From an uncultured Verrucomicrobiota bacterium (GTDB lineage Bacteria; Verrucomicrobiota; Verrucomicrobiia; Limisphaerales; SIBE01), in the NCBI GenBank assembly GCA_964578605.1, contig CAZODO010000006.1, positions 9,622-73,621 on the forward strand: a stretch of DNA of 64,000 nucleotides, written 5' to 3'. Shown here one piece after another: positions 9,372 through 18,000 of the stretch. The notes beneath the pieces were generated by a model that saw nothing but the letters and a program-made list of their open reading frames with translations, was not told where the DNA came from and did not search any database. A program made the translations under genes and the position numbers. Numbering within the stretch: the stretch's first letter is position 1; each line of letters begins with the position of its first letter.

Positions 9372-9499
9372 GGCTGTTCCCAACAGAGCGTCGAGAGCGG
9401 CCTCGGCGGCGCGCGAGAAGCGCCCGGGGTCCTTGGACAGGCTGATGCCAGACTGGAATTGGGCGGGGCTGCTCCGCCCGCCGCCGACACGTCTACACC

Positions 9500-10978
9500 A
9501 TGAACAACGGACCTGAACCCCCCAAGGGATGGCGTTTGGCCATCTTCCGGAACTGGGTGAGCATGAGCGGGTTCGTGATCATCCTGGCCAGCCTGTTCGC
9601 GTTCCTGCTGTTGTTCACCATCGACACGCTCGCGCGGGTGTCGAACCCGTATATCGGGATACTGACCTACTTTGTCGCGCCGGCGTTCACGTTCCTGGGG
9701 ATGATCCTGGCGGCGCTGGGCGCGCTGATCTGGCGGCGGCGGATGGCGGACTCCACGCCGCTAAACCCGGTGTTGACCATCGATCTGACGCGTCCGCGTG
9801 ACCGCAGGATGCTCGGGTACTTTCTTGCGGGAAGCGCCGTGTTTCTGCTGATCACGGCGATCGGCACGTATCACTCCTACCAATTCACGGAATCGGTCAC
9901 CTTTTGCGGCGAAGCCTGCCACACGGTCATGGAGCCGGAGAGGGTCACCTACCAGAACGGTTCGCATGCGCGGGTGAGTTGTGCCGAGTGCCATATCGGG
10001 CCCGGGGCGACCTGGTATGTGAAATCGAAGCTCTCGGGCGCTTACCAGGTCTATGCGACCGCGGCGAACAAGTATCCCCGCCCGATCCCCACCCCGATCT
10101 CCAACCTGCGCCCGGCCCAGGAAACGTGCGAGCAATGCCACTGGCCGAAGAAGTTCGTAGGGAACCTGGAACGGACTTATACCCACTTCTTGAGCGATGA
10201 AACGAACTCGATGCATCAGATTCGGATGCTGCTAAGAGTGGGAGGCGCCGACCCCACACACGGCCCGGTGGGAGGCATCCATTGGCACATGAACGTCGCC
10301 AACGTGGTGGAGTACTACCCCGCGGATACGAGCCGCCTGCAGATCCCCTGGGTCCGCTTTACGGATGCCAAAGGAGTCGTAACGGTATTCCGGACACCCG
10401 AGTTCACCAACGCAGTGGACCCGGCAGCGATCCGCAAGATGGACTGCGTGGATTGCCATAATCGGCCGGCGCACGTGCTGAAATCGCCAAACGACGCCGT
10501 GGAACTGGCGATGCATCTCGGGGAGATCGATCCCGGCCTGCCATGGATCAAGACCAACGCCCTCCACGTGCTCACCCAGGAGTATGCCAAGCGCGACGAA
10601 GCCTTGCAGAAGATCGCGGCGTTCCTCACCAGCCAGTACCCGCAGGCGCCAGGCCTCCGGCCGAGCATTGAAGCCGTCCAGCGGATCTACACCAACAACT
10701 TCTTCCCCGAAATGAAGGCGAGCTGGAAGGTTTACCCGAACCACGCCGGGCACAAAGATTGGCCCGGCTGCTTCCGCTGCCATGATGGCAAGCACCAGAC
10801 CGCCGACGGCGCCCGCAAGATCGAAGCCAACAACTGCAACGCGTGCCATTTGATCCTCGCCCAGGGAAGCGGCGCCGAACTGGAGCAACTCGCGCCGCAA
10901 GGCCTGGAATTCAAACATCCCGGCGATGAGATCGACGAAGGATTCCTTTGCAGTGACTGCCATACGGGCGGCCCTTAG
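9500..10978 (+). CDS. Membrane-anchored heptahaem c-type cytochrome (NapC/NirT-like N-terminal part; ImcH-like architecture)
   Basis: N-terminal transmembrane segments (FVIILASLFAFLLLFTI, YFVAPAFTFLGMILAALGALIW, FLAGSAVFLLITAIG). Seven CxxCH motifs: CGEACH, CAECH, CEQCH, CVDCH, CFRCH, CNACH, CSDCH. Confidence 0.85.
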   Translation: MNNGPEPPKGWRLAIFRNWVSMSGFVIILASLFAFLLLFTIDTLARVSNPYIGILTYFVAPAFTFLGMILAALGALIWRRRMADSTPLNPVLTIDLTRPRDRRMLGYFLAGSAVFLLITAIGTYHSYQFTESVTFCGEACHTVMEPERVTYQNGSHARVSCAECHIGPGATWYVKSKLSGAYQVYATAANKYPRPIPTPISNLRPAQETCEQCHWPKKFVGNLERTYTHFLSDETNSMHQIRMLLRVGGADPTHGPVGGIHWHMNVANVVEYYPADTSRLQIPWVRFTDAKGVVTVFRTPEFTNAVDPAAIRKMDCVDCHNRPAHVLKSPNDAVELAMHLGEIDPGLPWIKTNALHVLTQEYAKRDEALQKIAAFLTSQYPQAPGLRPSIEAVQRIYTNNFFPEMKASWKVYPNHAGHKDWPGCFRCHDGKHQTADGARKIEANNCNACHLILAQGSGAELEQLAPQGLEFKHPGDEIDEGFLCSDCHTGGP

Positions 10979-10982
10979 CCCC

Positions 10983-13160
10983 ATGCTTGCCTCCCGGCGC
11001 TTTGGATCGGTGGCGGCGATGGCGTTGAGCCTGGCTCTGCTCAGCCCGCGCGGCACCGGCCGGGCGGCCGAAGCGGATCCCCCCGCGGCTCCGGAACGGT
11101 TCGCGAATGCCGATTGCATCGATTGCCACTCGGACCCGACGCTTGCGCGGACGGTCAACGGCAAGGAAGTGCTGCTGCAGGTGGTCGAGACCAATTCGCT
11201 GGCCCAGTCGGTCCATGCCAGCCTGGCCTGCGTCGATTGCCATACCGGGATGACGGACCTGGTCCATGCGGACGATCTTCCTCCCGCCACTTGCACGGCC
11301 TGCCATGACCAACAGCCCGATCACGACAAGGCCGCCGCGGGTTACCTGAGCAGCATCCACGGGGTGAGCCGCGCGATGGGCGCCTCCGCCGCGGCCGCGT
11401 GCGCGGATTGCCATGGCACCCACAACATCCTTTCCTCGAAGAACGCCGATTCGCCCACGTTCAAGCTGAATCTTCCCCAGACCTGCGCCAAGTGCCATAG
11501 CAACCCCGGGGTGACCCAAGAGTACGAGATGAAGTACCCGCTCGTGGCGTCGCAATACCTGGATAGCATTCACGGGCGCGCCCTCGTGGAGATGGGGTTG
11601 ATCGTGGCGCCGTCCTGCAATGATTGCCACGGGGTGCATGACATCAAGCGGCGGGTGGATCGCAGCTCGCCTATCCATCACGCGTCCGTGGCGAAAACGT
11701 GCGGGAAATGCCACACCCGGATCGAGGAGACCTACAACAAGAGTGTGCATGGGCAATTGCTGGCGCAAGGAGACCCGCGCGCGCCGGTCTGCACGGATTG
11801 CCACTCGGCGCACCAGATTGAAAGCCCGACCTTGAGCACCCATTTCAAGGCGTCCAGCGACCGCCGCTGCGGGGAGTGCCATGAGGACCGGCTTGCCCAT
11901 TACCGCGACACCTACCACGGCAAGGCCATGGCCCTGGGCAAACCGAACGTGGCACCGGATGTCGCGGCCTGCTACGATTGCCATGGACACCACGACGTGC
12001 TGCCCGCCTCAAACCCGGCCTCGCACCTCTCGCCTCAGAACATCACCGCCACGTGCAAGAAGTGTCATCCCGGCGCGACGGCCAGCTTTGCCCAGTTCAT
12101 GCCGCACGCCAACCCGCTGGATAAGCAGAATTACCCGGCCTTGCACGCCGTCTTCGTCTTCATGACCGCCCTGCTGATCGGCGTGTTTGCCTTCTTCGGC
12201 GCGCACACGCTGCTTTGGCTGCTCCGCTCGATCTATTTGTATGCGCATGATTCGAAGACCTTCCGCGAAGCCAAGGTGACGGCCCAGGCGGACGACGAAT
12301 GGTTCACCCGCTTCGTGCCGTTTGAGCGCTTCCTGCACTTCCTGGTGGTGACGAGTTTCCTCCTGCTCGTGGTCACAGGCATGCCTTTGAAGTTCTATTA
12401 CACCGACTGGGCCAAAACGCTCTTCCTTATCCTGGGCGGCGCGGAGGTCGCGCGGTCGCTGCACCATTTCGGCGCCATGATCACGTTCCTCTACTTCGGG
12501 CTGCATCTCGCGGCGCTCACGGGGAAGGCCTGGGAAAACCGGGCCAAGCTCCGCGACCCGGCCACCGGCAAGTTCAGCCTGAGGCGAATCCGCCCCGCTC
12601 TCTTCGGGCCGGACTCGATGCTGCCCACGGTCCAGGACTGGCGGGATTTCGTCGCCCACCAGAAGTGGTTCTTTGGCAGAGGAACGAAACCGCATTTCGA
12701 TCGCTGGACGTACTGGGAGAAGTTCGACTATTTCGCGGTGTTCTGGGGCGTTTTCGCCATTGGGCTTTCGGGGCTGGTCATGTGGTTCCCGCAGTTCTTT
12801 TCGCGGTTTATGCCGGGGTGGATCATCAACATCGCCTTGATCGTGCATTCGGACGAGGCCCTGCTGGCAGCGGGCTTTATCTTCACGATCCACTTTTTCA
12901 ACACGCATTTCCGGCTGGAGAAGTTCCCCATGGACACCGTGATCTTTTCCGGACGCGTCTCCAAGACCGAGTTGATGCACGAACGCAGGCGCTGGTACGA
13001 CCGCCTTGTGGCCGAGGGCCGCCTCGACCAGCACCGCGTCAAGGACGAATGGGAACGCTGGAAGAGCATCGCCCGCTCGTTCGGCTACCTGTTCTTCGGC
13101 GCCGGGGTTATCCTGCTGATTCTGATCGTCTACGCCATGGCGACGCGCCTGACGCACTGA
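10983..13160 (+). CDS. Fusion of an 11-haem periplasmic c-type cytochrome domain to a C-terminal polytopic cytochrome b (HydC/FdnI-like) membrane domain; CbcL-like architecture
   Basis: Signal-like MLASRRFGSVAAMALSLALLSP. Eleven CxxCH motifs: CIDCH, CVDCH, CTACH, CADCH, CAKCH, CNDCH, CGKCH, CTDCH, CGECH, CYDCH, CKKCH. The C-terminal ~330 aa carry several hydrophobic helices with conserved His (FLHFLVVTSFLLLVVTG, SLHHFGAMITFLYFGLHL, IVHSDEALLAAGFIFTIHFFNTHF). I chose the start at ATG 10983, 5 nt after the upstream stop. The ORF-track start at 10926 would overlap the upstream gene. Confidence 0.85.
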   Translation: MLASRRFGSVAAMALSLALLSPRGTGRAAEADPPAAPERFANADCIDCHSDPTLARTVNGKEVLLQVVETNSLAQSVHASLACVDCHTGMTDLVHADDLPPATCTACHDQQPDHDKAAAGYLSSIHGVSRAMGASAAAACADCHGTHNILSSKNADSPTFKLNLPQTCAKCHSNPGVTQEYEMKYPLVASQYLDSIHGRALVEMGLIVAPSCNDCHGVHDIKRRVDRSSPIHHASVAKTCGKCHTRIEETYNKSVHGQLLAQGDPRAPVCTDCHSAHQIESPTLSTHFKASSDRRCGECHEDRLAHYRDTYHGKAMALGKPNVAPDVAACYDCHGHHDVLPASNPASHLSPQNITATCKKCHPGATASFAQFMPHANPLDKQNYPALHAVFVFMTALLIGVFAFFGAHTLLWLLRSIYLYAHDSKTFREAKVTAQADDEWFTRFVPFERFLHFLVVTSFLLLVVTGMPLKFYYTDWAKTLFLILGGAEVARSLHHFGAMITFLYFGLHLAALTGKAWENRAKLRDPATGKFSLRRIRPALFGPDSMLPTVQDWRDFVAHQKWFFGRGTKPHFDRWTYWEKFDYFAVFWGVFAIGLSGLVMWFPQFFSRFMPGWIINIALIVHSDEALLAAGFIFTIHFFNTHFRLEKFPMDTVIFSGRVSKTELMHERRRWYDRLVAEGRLDQHRVKDEWERWKSIARSFGYLFFGAGVILLILIVYAMATRLTH

Positions 13161-13182
13161 CCGCACGTTGACTTCGCATTCT

Positions 13183-13254
13183 TCGGAGCGCCGGCTTTGC
13201 CTTTCGCCGCCACGAACGAGCGGCGCCTGAAGCCGGTTGCAGACCGGCGCTCCG
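13183..13254 (+). repeat. REP-like palindromic element, copy A (shortened left arm); possible terminator of the cytochrome operon
   Basis: GGAGCGCCGG (13185-13194) is complementary to CCGGCGCTCC (13244-13253). The interior ...TTCGCCGCCACGAACGAGCGGCGCCTGAAGCCGG.. aligns with copy B at 47579-47661. The element starts about 23 nt after the stop at 13160. Confidence 0.7.
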
Positions 13255-13367
13255 CACGAGTCACCCTCTCTGACGGCCAGTGCATTTCTGTTGACAAGAC
13301 CGCGCTCCAAGCGGTAGGTCAACAGCCGGTTGGCTGAATGCGGCCAGCGCGTGCAAAGGAGGTTGTG

Positions 13368-14144
13368 ATGCCCAGTCAATGCCTTGGCGTATGCCTATCG
13401 TTCGTTCTGTTTCTGCCGACACTCCTCAAGGCCGGTGTGTTGTGCACGGAAACCTTCTCCTACCCGGACGGACCGCTGGTCACGGTGGCCGAAGGCCGCT
13501 GGAAAACCCATAGCGGCACCCCTGGCCAAGCCGAGGTGGATTCGGGTGCCCTCTGTTTGTCTGAGAAGGAAACGGAAGACGTGAGCGCGCCGTTTGCTCC
13601 GGAAATTCAAGGCCCCAATCAGGCCGCGGCCCTCTATGCCTCGTTCAACGCGGTGTTTTCCGCACTGCCCTCAGGCTCCAAAGGCGGCTACTTCGCTCAC
13701 TTCAAAGACGCGGCCCCAACAACCGGGATCCGATGCCGGATCTTCGCCACGACCGAAGGGGCTGCGCCAGGGACGTTCAGGCTGGGAATTGCCGCAGCCG
13801 CAAGCGCCGCAAGCTGTTTCGTCCCGCAGGAATTCAAGCCGGGGGTGCGCTACCAACTCGTATCCCGAATGACCCTGGCGGACAACGTTTGCACCCTGTG
13901 GATCAACCCGGTGTCCGAGAGCCAGCCCGGCGCCACCTCTTCTGATAAGGCGACAGCCAAGAACGTGGCGGCCTTCGCCTTTCGCCAGTCACGGTCAGGC
14001 GGTTCGGGGATGGGCGAACTCAAGGTCGATGATCTCAGGATCGCGACCACGTTCGCCGAGGTGCTTCCAACCTCGGCCGCAGTCCCCGCCCGGCCGGCAA
14101 ACCGCGCGGCGCCGAAGACCGGAACGGTTGCCCCTCCCCGATGA
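13368..14144 (+). CDS. Secreted hypothetical protein (possible LamG/jelly-roll-like fold)
   Basis: AGGAGG at 13357-13362 lies 5 nt before ATG 13368. Signal peptide [24 protein letters not shown] recognise no family motif. The stop overlaps the next gene's start (ATGA at 14141-14144). Confidence 0.7.
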   Translation: MPSQCLGVCLSFVLFLPTLLKAGVLCTETFSYPDGPLVTVAEGRWKTHSGTPGQAEVDSGALCLSEKETEDVSAPFAPEIQGPNQAAALYASFNAVFSALPSGSKGGYFAHFKDAAPTTGIRCRIFATTEGAAPGTFRLGIAAAASAASCFVPQEFKPGVRYQLVSRMTLADNVCTLWINPVSESQPGATSSDKATAKNVAAFAFRQSRSGGSGMGELKVDDLRIATTFAEVLPTSAAVPARPANRAAPKTGTVAPPR

Positions 14145-14824
14145 AAAGGCAGGCCACTCCAGCCAGCGGAAACTCCATTGGAGGCGGGTTCACGCTGCTC
14201 GAACTGCTGGTCGTCATGGCGGTCATCGCCATCCTGGCCAGCCTGCTCTTCCCGGCCCTCCGCACCGCGACAGCGAAAGCCCGAAGCATCGTGTGCCTGA
14301 ATCATCTCAAGCAATGGGGGCTCGCCACCCACTTTTATGTGGCGGACAACGATGACTTTCTGCCGCCCGAAGGCGCGCCGAACGGGCTTTCAACGGACAC
14401 CGGATGGTACATCGCCCTGCCCAGAGAGTTGGGTTTGAGACCTTACTTCGAGTGTCCCTGGCGCACCAATCCGGCTGTGCCGGTGGGGCGTTCGATCTGG
14501 ATCTGCCCCGCCAACACGAACCGCAGCAATGGACATAATCTCTTCCATTACTGCCTCAACGAACACGTGGATCGAACGGGCGAGTTCGATTCGCCCACCA
14601 GGCTTTCGTCGATCGGAAACCCTGCGGTGGTGGTCTGGATGTTCGATAACGGGAAGCGCGCAGCCGTCGCGCAACAGAACAATACCCACACCAACCTGCA
14701 CCAGCGAGGCGCCAACTTCCTCTTCCTGGATGCCCACGCCGTGCGCTTCCGCAACACCGCGTATTGGGATTTCCTATCGAACAAGGGACGCACCAATAAC
14801 CCGGCGCTCCTCTGGGTGCCATGA
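14141..14824 (+). CDS. Prepilin-type N-terminal cleavage/methylation domain protein, H-X9-DG-like family (the motif here is H-X9-DA)
   Basis: N-terminus [27 protein letters not shown]. Near the C-terminus [14 protein letters not shown], i.e. H, then 9 residues, then DA. Confidence 0.85.
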   Translation: MKRQATPASGNSIGGGFTLLELLVVMAVIAILASLLFPALRTATAKARSIVCLNHLKQWGLATHFYVADNDDFLPPEGAPNGLSTDTGWYIALPRELGLRPYFECPWRTNPAVPVGRSIWICPANTNRSNGHNLFHYCLNEHVDRTGEFDSPTRLSSIGNPAVVVWMFDNGKRAAVAQQNNTHTNLHQRGANFLFLDAHAVRFRNTAYWDFLSNKGRTNNPALLWVP

Positions 14825-14941
14825 GTTCAGCCGTCGAGAATCACCCGATAACCCGGCAAGCACCGGGAGAGGCGCTTCCGCAGTTCTTCGGCAACGGGCC
14901 GCTCCGGTCGGGCGCTTGCCAGTTGGTCGAGAGAGCGGCCA

Positions 14942-15367
14942 TCAGGAACTCACCCATAACGCAAGAAGCGCCTGCGCGAGTCGCGGCGTCTCAAGACCGG
15001 CGAAAGCAGGGGCCATTTCGTTGATCCACGGAATCAGCCCGATCGAGGCCAATCCTCCAAGCCCCGCCACCAGCTCCAGCCAGCCGTACCAGCGTCCGGG
15101 CCTGCCGCTCGTCGACAAGATACGCTCGCTCGCCCAGGCCCCGGTGGTCATGCCTCCGAAAATGGCCCCGACGACCGCCAGCACGGCCGGGATCTCCTGG
15201 CCCAGGCCGGTTGAGAGCCTCCGGGGCCAAGCAATCTGGAAGGCCAAGGCCGAGGTGCCCGACAAGAAGAACAGGGCGTATAACACCGCCGCGATCGTTC
15301 GCTCCCTCAGGGCCCGAACGCGGGTCTCCCCGGAGGGCGAGCCGTCTTCAAACACCGTCCATCCCAT
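14942..15367 (-). pseudogene. N-terminal ~140-aa fragment of a fused MFS/spermidine-synthase-like membrane protein (a truncated remnant or a stand-alone small membrane protein)
   Basis: AAVLYALFFLSGTSALAFQIAWPRRLSTGLGQEIPAVLAVVGAIFGGMTTGAWASERI..GRPGRWYGWLELVAGLGGL matches the characteristic N-terminal helices of that family, whose members are normally several hundred aa long. The frame stops at 14942 and no continuation appears in any frame before the convergent gene at 14824. Confidence 0.45.
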
Positions 15368-16673
15368 GCTCTCGGAAGGCCCCCATAAGCCGCAGGATCT
15401 CCTCACGAATCTTGAACAGCTCCATCCGCGCAGACCGCACCGCCCGGACGGACAGGAGAGACCGGACGCTGACCTGTTCAAGGGCGGCCTGGGCCGCGTG
15501 CAAGCGGCTGAGCGCCCGTTTCAGGCACGCGATAATGAGGCCGGGTTGACGGTGGGCTCTCCCGTAAGCCAGCGGATTCAGCGCGCCGCCAATCTTGGCG
15601 GCGGTAACCTGCATTTCACGAACGAGCGTCAAGAGATCCTCGTCCTGGAGCCAGAGCGGCCCCATCCTTTTACAGGCTCTATGCACGGCAGCGCTCGCGT
15701 TCAGGGCGCGCAGGGCCAGCGGATGCCGGATGCCTCCGTCGTCCGTCCGCACCCAATCGATCCCTTCGGTCCGGGGATCCGGTTCCAAAGGCATGTCGAA
15801 AGGATCATCGTCGGCGCCGCATTCTTCCGGTTCACACTCGCCTCCATGGGGATCAGCGGAAGAGCCGCGGTCGCACTCGCTCTCGCCCTCAGAATCCGGC
15901 CCAGGAAACTCAGAGGCGCCAAACGGGTCGGGCCCAGGGTCATCCGGAGCGTCAGTCCAGCCCATTTCCCGGGCGAGGAGTTGTTCGCAGTTGGGGTCGT
16001 TCTGATACTTGTCGAGCAGCTCCAGGTACTTGTCCGCCTGGGCATCGCTCTCGCGCATCAGCTGTTCGTAATCGAACTCATCCCACTCTTTCTCGGGGGG
16101 AGGATCCGTCCGGGCGCTTTCGATGGCTGCGTCAAGTTTGGCGATAAAGCTGCTGAAGTTGGACGCGACCGCTTCCTGGCGGTGCCGCTCTTGGTCCGGA
16201 GAGAGGGTCCAAACCGGGGCGGAGATGGTCAGGTCGAAACCCGTGCTCTCGATAACCACGCGACCATTCGCCTCGCTGAACCACTCCAGGTAAAGGCAAT
16301 TCGCTTGTTGCTGCGGAATTTGATGGCCCAAGCGTCGCAGGCGAAGGTACTCCTCCATGGGAACGTCAGGCAACCGGATCTTGCGCGACGCCGTCAAATC
16401 TCCCGCCATCCCAACCTGATCACTCGCCAGGGTGTCACGATGGATGATAGGGATCGCGACGTTTCGGTTCTTGAACGTGAGCAGACAGCCAGCTAGATCC
16501 GGACAGGCGTTGCCCTGCAAGTTCAACACGATCGGCTCGCCCCGGCCTTGCAGCCATACTCGCCCTCGCACGGCGTTCGGCGTGCGATTGTCAATCTCCC
16601 CATGCACCACATTCTCGTGAATTCGCCAAGCCATCTGAACCGCGTCTCGGAAGCACTGCGGTGGTGGGAACAT
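15348..16673 (-). CDS. Hypothetical protein with an acidic, Cys-containing central linker; no recognisable family
   Basis: 507-aa ORF in the track. I prefer the ATG at 16673 (MFPPPQCFRDAVQMAWRIHENVV..) because the upstream extension is Arg/Thr-rich and looks non-protein-like. The centre reads DPGPDPFGASEFPGPDSEGESECDRGSSADPHGGECEPEECGADDDPFDMPLEPDP. The C-terminus is helical. The start is uncertain. Confidence 0.6.
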   Translation of the reverse strand: MFPPPQCFRDAVQMAWRIHENVVHGEIDNRTPNAVRGRVWLQGRGEPIVLNLQGNACPDLAGCLLTFKNRNVAIPIIHRDTLASDQVGMAGDLTASRKIRLPDVPMEEYLRLRRLGHQIPQQQANCLYLEWFSEANGRVVIESTGFDLTISAPVWTLSPDQERHRQEAVASNFSSFIAKLDAAIESARTDPPPEKEWDEFDYEQLMRESDAQADKYLELLDKYQNDPNCEQLLAREMGWTDAPDDPGPDPFGASEFPGPDSEGESECDRGSSADPHGGECEPEECGADDDPFDMPLEPDPRTEGIDWVRTDDGGIRHPLALRALNASAAVHRACKRMGPLWLQDEDLLTLVREMQVTAAKIGGALNPLAYGRAHRQPGLIIACLKRALSRLHAAQAALEQVSVRSLLSVRAVRSARMELFKIREEILRLMGAFREHGMDGV

Positions 16674-16836
16674 GCCGCAGTTCGAGACTGCGTTCAAGCG
16701 CGGAACCAGCCATGGAGCCCTCTTGATCTTCCGATTCTTCCGGCACCCTCCCGTTGTTCTGGTGGTCTGCGTCCGCCGGATTTCACCTGCGTGCCAGGGT
16801 TGCCCGGAGCGCTTTGGGGTTGATACAATCTGCGCG

Positions 16837-18000
16837 ATGAATGGCAGGCTGGCTGTGACTGTGGCGAGCATTCTTTGCCTGGGGCGCGCAATTGCAGCCG
16901 CGCCCGTTAACGATCATTTGGTCAATGCTCAGCCTTTGATCGGAACCTATGTCGCCGCGAGCGGCACCAATCTTGGCGCCACGCGAGAGGTCGGCGAACC
17001 CAACCACGGGTTTCCGGGCGGAAAATCGGTATGGTGGACATGGACCGCGCCGGGGTCGGGGAGTCTCCTTGTGGAAACGACCGGGAGCACGTTCGACACG
17101 GTTCTGGCTGCGTACACAGGCGTCTCCTACGCGGTCATGACTCTCGTGGCCAGCAACGATGACAAAGGGAGCCTTGAAACCAGCAAGATCGCCTTCAACG
17201 TCGCCGCCGGTGTGACCTACCAGATTGCCGTCGATGGATTTAACGGGGCCGCGGGAGAAATCCAATTGGTCGCCGCATACCGTGAGAAACCGCTGGTCAA
17301 ACCGGCCAATGACGAGTTTGGCGCTCCTGCCAGCCTTGCTGGGCCGTTTGTAAGCCTCTCAAGCACAACGTTCCTCGCGAGCAAAGAGGCTGACGAACCC
17401 CGCCATGCCGGTGATCCGGGCGGAGCCTCTGTCTGGTGGCGTTGGACGGCGCCAGGCAAAGGGAGCGCGACGATCAATACGCGAGGGAGCACTTTCGACA
17501 CCCTCCTGGCTGTCTATACCGGCTCCGCGCTCACCAACCTGACGGTCATCGCGAGCAATGACGACATCTGTTCGAACCAACCCACCAGTTCCGTCACGTT
17601 CGATGCGATCGAGGCAACGGTCTACCTGATTGCAGTGGATGGGTTTAACGGCGAACCCGGAGACCTCGAGTTGCACATTTCCATGGAGGATTTCTTTCGG
17701 TTCATGAGCCCGGTCCGCCTTTCGGAAGGCCGCTGGAAACTGGCCATAGCCAGCGTTCCGGGAGTTCCCTGCGAGATTCAGGCTTCCGAAGATCTGATCA
17801 CGTGGTCCACGACCGCGACTCTTACCAGCCCGACAGGCCGCCTGGAGTTCACTGAACCCGATACGGAGAACGTGCCCTGCCGGTTCTATCGCGCACGAAG
17901 AATGGCGGAATCGGGATCGCTCGATTGGCAAGGGTGGCCCGCCGTTCCCACTTGGCAAGAGCGGCGGATGCGCGGTAGCGTGGCGGGACCAAAGCCATGA
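16837..18000 (+). CDS. Secreted protein with two tandem ~125-aa beta-sandwich-type repeats and a ...RFYR C-terminal module
   Basis: Signal peptide MNGRLAVTVASILCLGRAIAAAP. The repeat occurs twice: N(D)xFxxAxxLxGxxxxxSGTNxxATxExGEPxHxGxPGGxSVWWxWTAPGxGSxxxxTxGSTFDTxLAVYTGxxxxxLTxxASNDDxxxxxTSxxxFxxxxxxxYxIAVDGFNGxxGxxxL. The stop overlaps the next gene's start (ATGA at 17997-18000). Confidence 0.75.
   Translation: MNGRLAVTVASILCLGRAIAAAPVNDHLVNAQPLIGTYVAASGTNLGATREVGEPNHGFPGGKSVWWTWTAPGSGSLLVETTGSTFDTVLAAYTGVSYAVMTLVASNDDKGSLETSKIAFNVAAGVTYQIAVDGFNGAAGEIQLVAAYREKPLVKPANDEFGAPASLAGPFVSLSSTTFLASKEADEPRHAGDPGGASVWWRWTAPGKGSATINTRGSTFDTLLAVYTGSALTNLTVIASNDDICSNQPTSSVTFDAIEATVYLIAVDGFNGEPGDLELHISMEDFFRFMSPVRLSEGRWKLAIASVPGVPCEIQASEDLITWSTTATLTSPTGRLEFTEPDTENVPCRFYRARRMAESGSLDWQGWPAVPTWQERRMRGSVAGPKP

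Noticed and set aside
9761-13379. Minus-strand ORFs 10232..11296, 10911..11993, 12009..13379 and smaller ones.
   Set aside because: They lie opposite genes with 7 and 11 CxxCH motifs plus transmembrane helices. Their composition is shadow-like (Arg/Gly/His-rich).
14529-16496. 655-aa plus-strand ORF spanning three of my calls.
   Set aside because: It crosses the end of the pseudopilin gene, the spermidine-synthase-like fragment and the hypothetical gene in a single Arg/Pro/Ser-rich frame with no motifs. The minus-strand reading gives recognisable membrane helices and a coherent protein.
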